Shown here piece by piece: positions 60,470-64,000 of a stretch of 64,000 bases of DNA (the stretch's first letter is position 1; each line of letters starts with the position of its first letter). The stretch lies in assembly GCA_965214095.1 (NCBI GenBank), contig OZ243938.1, positions 3,680,001 to 3,744,000 of the forward strand, written 5' to 3'. Origin of the DNA: Candidatus Poribacteria bacterium. GTDB lineage: Bacteria; Poribacteria; WGA-4E; WGA-3G. The notes beneath the pieces are model-generated. The model saw nothing but the letters and a program-made list of their open reading frames with translations. It was not told where the DNA came from and did no database searches. The position numbers were made by a program, and so were the translations under genes.

Positions 60470-61267
60470 GTGTATTTAAAGCCATTGAATAAAAAGCAAA
60501 TGAGTTTCGTAGTCATCACAATTATGGTGTTTGTTTGTATCTTTTCATCATACGCATCTGTAGATAGAAATACCGTTGCAGTGTGGCTGTTTGAAGAAGG
60601 AGGTGGGAATACAGTCCGAGATGCTTCTGGCAATGGACATGATGGAAAAATAAACGGTAAACTCAATTGGGTCGATGCAAAGATTGGAATTGGTTTGGAA
60701 TTCCCCGGCGATGCGAGTGGTTATATCGCCGTTAATTCAACTAACAAATTGGAATTAGAAACGCTTAGTATTGAAGCGTGGGTTAAAGTTACATCTGCTA
60801 CCGGGAAATGGCAAGGGATTGTTTGTAAACAGCAAGCAGGATGTACAAACCGAAACTATGGGATTTGGGTACATAATGTTGAGAGTGTCTTACATGCACA
60901 GATAGGAGCAAATGGAGGATGTGCATTTAATATGAATGCGACCACTGTGATTACAGACAACACGTGGCATCACCTTGCATTTACGTTTGATGGGAACACG
61001 GCTCGGGTTTATGTAGATGGTAAATTAGAAGGTCAACAGGCAAATGAGGTTACATTTCAAAGTAACGATGCGATTACTATAGGTGCACCACAGAAAGATA
61101 ATCCTAACGGACTTCTGGGAATTATTGAAGAGATCCGTATTTCTGACATCGCCCGATCAGAAGAAGAAATAAACAAGGCAATGAATGTCGGATTAGCACA
61201 AATTTTGAGTGTTGACCCACGATCAAAACTAACTACACGGTGGGGTTATATCAAACAGGTTCGGTAA
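60470..61267 (+). CDS. Secreted LamG domain protein with C-terminal K-x3-WG-x2-K tail
   Basis: VAVWLFEEG, WHHLAFTFDG, GIIEEIRISDIARS; ends SVDPRSKLTTRWGYIKQVR. Confidence 0.9.
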   Translation: MYLKPLNKKQMSFVVITIMVFVCIFSSYASVDRNTVAVWLFEEGGGNTVRDASGNGHDGKINGKLNWVDAKIGIGLEFPGDASGYIAVNSTNKLELETLSIEAWVKVTSATGKWQGIVCKQQAGCTNRNYGIWVHNVESVLHAQIGANGGCAFNMNATTVITDNTWHHLAFTFDGNTARVYVDGKLEGQQANEVTFQSNDAITIGAPQKDNPNGLLGIIEEIRISDIARSEEEINKAMNVGLAQILSVDPRSKLTTRWGYIKQVR

Positions 61268-61285
61268 ATCAATCAGGAGACCCAT

Positions 61286-62524
61286 TTGAGAGCATTTAAG
61301 TATACGACGTTATTATCACTGTTCTGTTTTTGTCTACTTGCTTATGGATCTGGTCCAGATATCCCTGAATATGGTCTTCCGGTGGCAGTACCAGAGGACG
61401 TTGGTGTTTCAAGTGAGAAACTTAAGGTAATCGCACCTACGCTGCAAGGTTATGTTGACAAAGGACAACTTCCGGGTTTCTTGACTGTCATTGCACGGAA
61501 AGGGAAAGTTGTCCATTTTGAACCTCTCGGTATGCAAAATGTTGAGAGTAAAAAACCGATTAAATCGGACACGATATTTCGAATCTACTCCATGTCAAAA
61601 CCGATTACCAGTGTTGCTGTGATGATACTGTACGACGAGGGACACATTAGACTTGATGACCCAGTTGAGAAATATATTCCAGCATTCAAAGACATAAAGG
61701 TTTTTAATAATCAACAGACACAAACCCATACCGCCAAGAATAAGATGACGATAAAGCATCTACTCACACATACTTCCGGACTGACTTACGGGTGGGGTGA
61801 TAGACCTGTTGATAAACTTTATACCAAATTAAAAGTATTTGACAGTAATTCAACATTAGCAGAAAAGATAGAGAAACTTAGCAAAATCCCGCTTGTATTC
61901 GAACCCGGTAAACGTTGGAAATACGGTGTTTCTACGGATGTTCTCGGTTATATTGTGGAAGTTGTTTCTGAAATGCCATTTGAAGAATTCTTACAAAAGA
62001 AGATTTTCAAACCGCTTGGTATGGATGATACAGGGTTTTCAGTACCACCATCAAAAGTGGGAAGATTTGCAGGGATATATAGAGCTACTGAAGCAGGTGG
62101 ATTAAATCTTGTGGGTAAACCTCCTCTTGCAACTGATAATATGACATTCTTTCCTTCTGGTGGCGGTGGACTTGTTTCAACTGGTGTGGATTACCTCCGT
62201 TTTTGTCAGATGTTACTCAATGGTGGTGAATTGGATGGTGTGCGCATTTTAAAGACAGAAACCGTTGAATTAATGCATTCTCCTCATCAAAAATATCATA
62301 GAGATGGATGGTCTTATGGATTTGGATTCCATGTTGTTACACGAAAAAACCAACGGTCGACTGGAACATTTAGTGGTGGTGGTTTGGCTGGGACTAACTT
62401 TTGGATTGACCCAGAAAAAGAACTCATTGGGATTTTGATGACACAGATTCTCAATAACCAACATCCATTTCAAGGCGAATTCAGGAAATCCGTCTATCAG
62501 GCTTTGATAGACTCAGAGAAATAG
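61286..62524 (+). CDS. Serine hydrolase, beta-lactamase class C-like
   Basis: FRIYSMSKP (SxxK), LLTHTSGL, PG.RW.YG, GGGGLVST. Confidence 0.9.
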   Translation: MRAFKYTTLLSLFCFCLLAYGSGPDIPEYGLPVAVPEDVGVSSEKLKVIAPTLQGYVDKGQLPGFLTVIARKGKVVHFEPLGMQNVESKKPIKSDTIFRIYSMSKPITSVAVMILYDEGHIRLDDPVEKYIPAFKDIKVFNNQQTQTHTAKNKMTIKHLLTHTSGLTYGWGDRPVDKLYTKLKVFDSNSTLAEKIEKLSKIPLVFEPGKRWKYGVSTDVLGYIVEVVSEMPFEEFLQKKIFKPLGMDDTGFSVPPSKVGRFAGIYRATEAGGLNLVGKPPLATDNMTFFPSGGGGLVSTGVDYLRFCQMLLNGGELDGVRILKTETVELMHSPHQKYHRDGWSYGFGFHVVTRKNQRSTGTFSGGGLAGTNFWIDPEKELIGILMTQILNNQHPFQGEFRKSVYQALIDSEK

Positions 62525-62572
62525 CGTAATCTGTGAGAAAAACCATACCTAATTTTAATGTGTAATTGATCT

Positions 62573-62712
62573 TATAGTAGATTTTGAAATTACTTGAACA
62601 CTCTGCATTGGCGAGGTTAGGAAACCTCACCTACCGTGGGGCGAAAGGCGAGGTTAGGAAACCTAGCCTACCGTGGGGCGAAAGTGTCAACTTATATTTA
62701 TAATTCACTATA
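62573..62712. mobile_element. TA-bounded MITE (inverted) with an internal 37-bp duplication of the REP
   Basis: 103-bp unit plus a duplicated GGCGAGGTTAGGAAACCT..CCTACCGTGGGGCGAAA gives 140 bp. Confidence 0.85.
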
Positions 62713-62727
62713 TCAAAGGAGAACAAC

Positions 62728-63981
62728 TTGAGAATATTTAGATATACATTATTGTCGCTATTTTGCATCTCTATATTCGCTTGTGGAGCTGCTACATACT
62801 CACCAGAACATGGTTTACCATTGGCAGAACCTGAGAAATCCGGTTTTTCCAGTGAAGGTCTTGCTAAAATTGCACCAAAGTTGCAAGAATATATTGATAA
62901 TGGACAACTCCCGGGTTTCTTGACTGTTGTAGCGAAAAATGGAAAGATCGTCCATTTTCATTCACAGGGAATGCGTGATGTTGATGCACAAAAACCGGTA
63001 GAAGCAGACACGATATTCCGAATCTACTCCATGTCCAAACCGATTACAAGTGTTGCTGTAATGATACTATATGACGAGGGAAAACTTAAACTTGACGATC
63101 CTGTGGAAAAATATATTCCTGCGTTTAAGGAACTGAAGGTCTTTAACAAAGAGCAGACAGAAACGCAGGATGCACAGAATAAGATGACAATACAACATCT
63201 CCTTACACATTCTTCAGGATTGACTTACGGATGGGGTGGCAAACCTGTTGATAAGCTTTATGGCGAACTAAAAATATTCCAAAAAGGGTCGGGATTAGCT
63301 GATATGGTAGAAAAACTGGCGAAAATCCCGCTTGTTTTTGAACCCGGTGAACGGTGGAACTACGGTGTTTCCACGGATGTTCTCGGTTATCTTGTAGAAG
63401 TTGTTTCGGAAATGCCTTTTGAACAATTCTTACAAACCAGAATCTTCCAACCACTCGGAATGAATGATACAGCGTTTTCGGTGCCAAAAGCAAAAGTAGA
63501 ACGTTTTGCAGCACTCTATAGACCTACCGAAGAGGGAGGACTCAGACTTGCAAGAAACGTCCCACTTGCAACCGATGATCTCACTTTTTTCCCTTCTGGT
63601 GGTGGGGGACTCGTATCAACTGCAGCGGATTATCTGCGTTTCTGTCAAATGCTACTCAACGGTGGTGAATTGGATGGAAAACGAATACTAAAATCCGATA
63701 CCGTTGAACTTATACGCTATCCACATCTACAATACCGCAAAGATGGTGCTTTCGGACTCGGTTTCCATGTTGTCACGCGTAAAGATACCGAGAAAGACAA
63801 AAGAGCTACAGGATCATATAGTTGGGGTGGCGCGGCTGCAACCACTTTCTGGATTGACCCTGAGAACGAACTTGTCGCTGTTCTAATGACACAGTTAATG
63901 AATAATCGCCACGGTTTTGCAGGAGACTTTGAAAGGTTAACCTATCAGGCAATGGATAGTTCTGGTCAATCTGAAAACTAA
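62728..63981 (+). CDS. Serine hydrolase, beta-lactamase class C-like (tandem paralog, probable lipoprotein)
   Basis: SxxK motif YSMSK, WGGAAAT.FWIDP; lipobox-like IFAC. Confidence 0.9.
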   Translation: MRIFRYTLLSLFCISIFACGAATYSPEHGLPLAEPEKSGFSSEGLAKIAPKLQEYIDNGQLPGFLTVVAKNGKIVHFHSQGMRDVDAQKPVEADTIFRIYSMSKPITSVAVMILYDEGKLKLDDPVEKYIPAFKELKVFNKEQTETQDAQNKMTIQHLLTHSSGLTYGWGGKPVDKLYGELKIFQKGSGLADMVEKLAKIPLVFEPGERWNYGVSTDVLGYLVEVVSEMPFEQFLQTRIFQPLGMNDTAFSVPKAKVERFAALYRPTEEGGLRLARNVPLATDDLTFFPSGGGGLVSTAADYLRFCQMLLNGGELDGKRILKSDTVELIRYPHLQYRKDGAFGLGFHVVTRKDTEKDKRATGSYSWGGAAATTFWIDPENELVAVLMTQLMNNRHGFAGDFERLTYQAMDSSGQSEN

Positions 63982-64000
63982 AATAATTGGATATTCTAAA

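Noticed and set aside
61286-63981. Antibiotic-resistance beta-lactamases
   Set aside because: They have SxxK but lack the AmpC YxN/KTG motifs, which is typical of esterase-like serine hydrolases.

Overview
Chromosomal window from a diderm bacterium. The gene content points to Candidatus Poribacteria, but this is inferred, not database-verified: LamG proteins with a C-terminal K-x3-WG-x2-K tail, secreted proteins with T9SS/FlgD-like C-terminal domains, tandem secreted WD40 proteins, Uma2 paralogs, PhyH and sulfatase-like enzymes. Housekeeping genes are tsaB, aroA, tenA, metH, lolA-pgsA-thpR-recA, ppdK, rtcB, argH, pyrF, a ferredoxin-NADP reductase and tRNA-Ala(GGC). The window also carries a complete Pup-proteasome operon (arc-dop-pup-prcB-prcA-pafA), a DUF433/DUF5615 toxin-antitoxin pair, and several tandem paralog sets. 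Intergenic DNA is dense with GTAG-type REP-like hairpins packaged inside several MITE families. Main highlights: (1) an IS4-family element and a 172-bp MITE with the same ends both insert exactly at the base of the REP hairpin and duplicate all 20 bp of it, and the MITE carries more copies of that target; (2) a PhyH-family enzyme has HxG instead of HxD, the signature of Fe/2OG halogenases; (3) the Pup system is GGQ-type Pup rather than UBact and lies outside Actinobacteria; (4) a sulfatase-fold enzyme has Thr in place of the formylglycine motif; (5) two LamG proteins share a short candidate C-terminal sorting tail.
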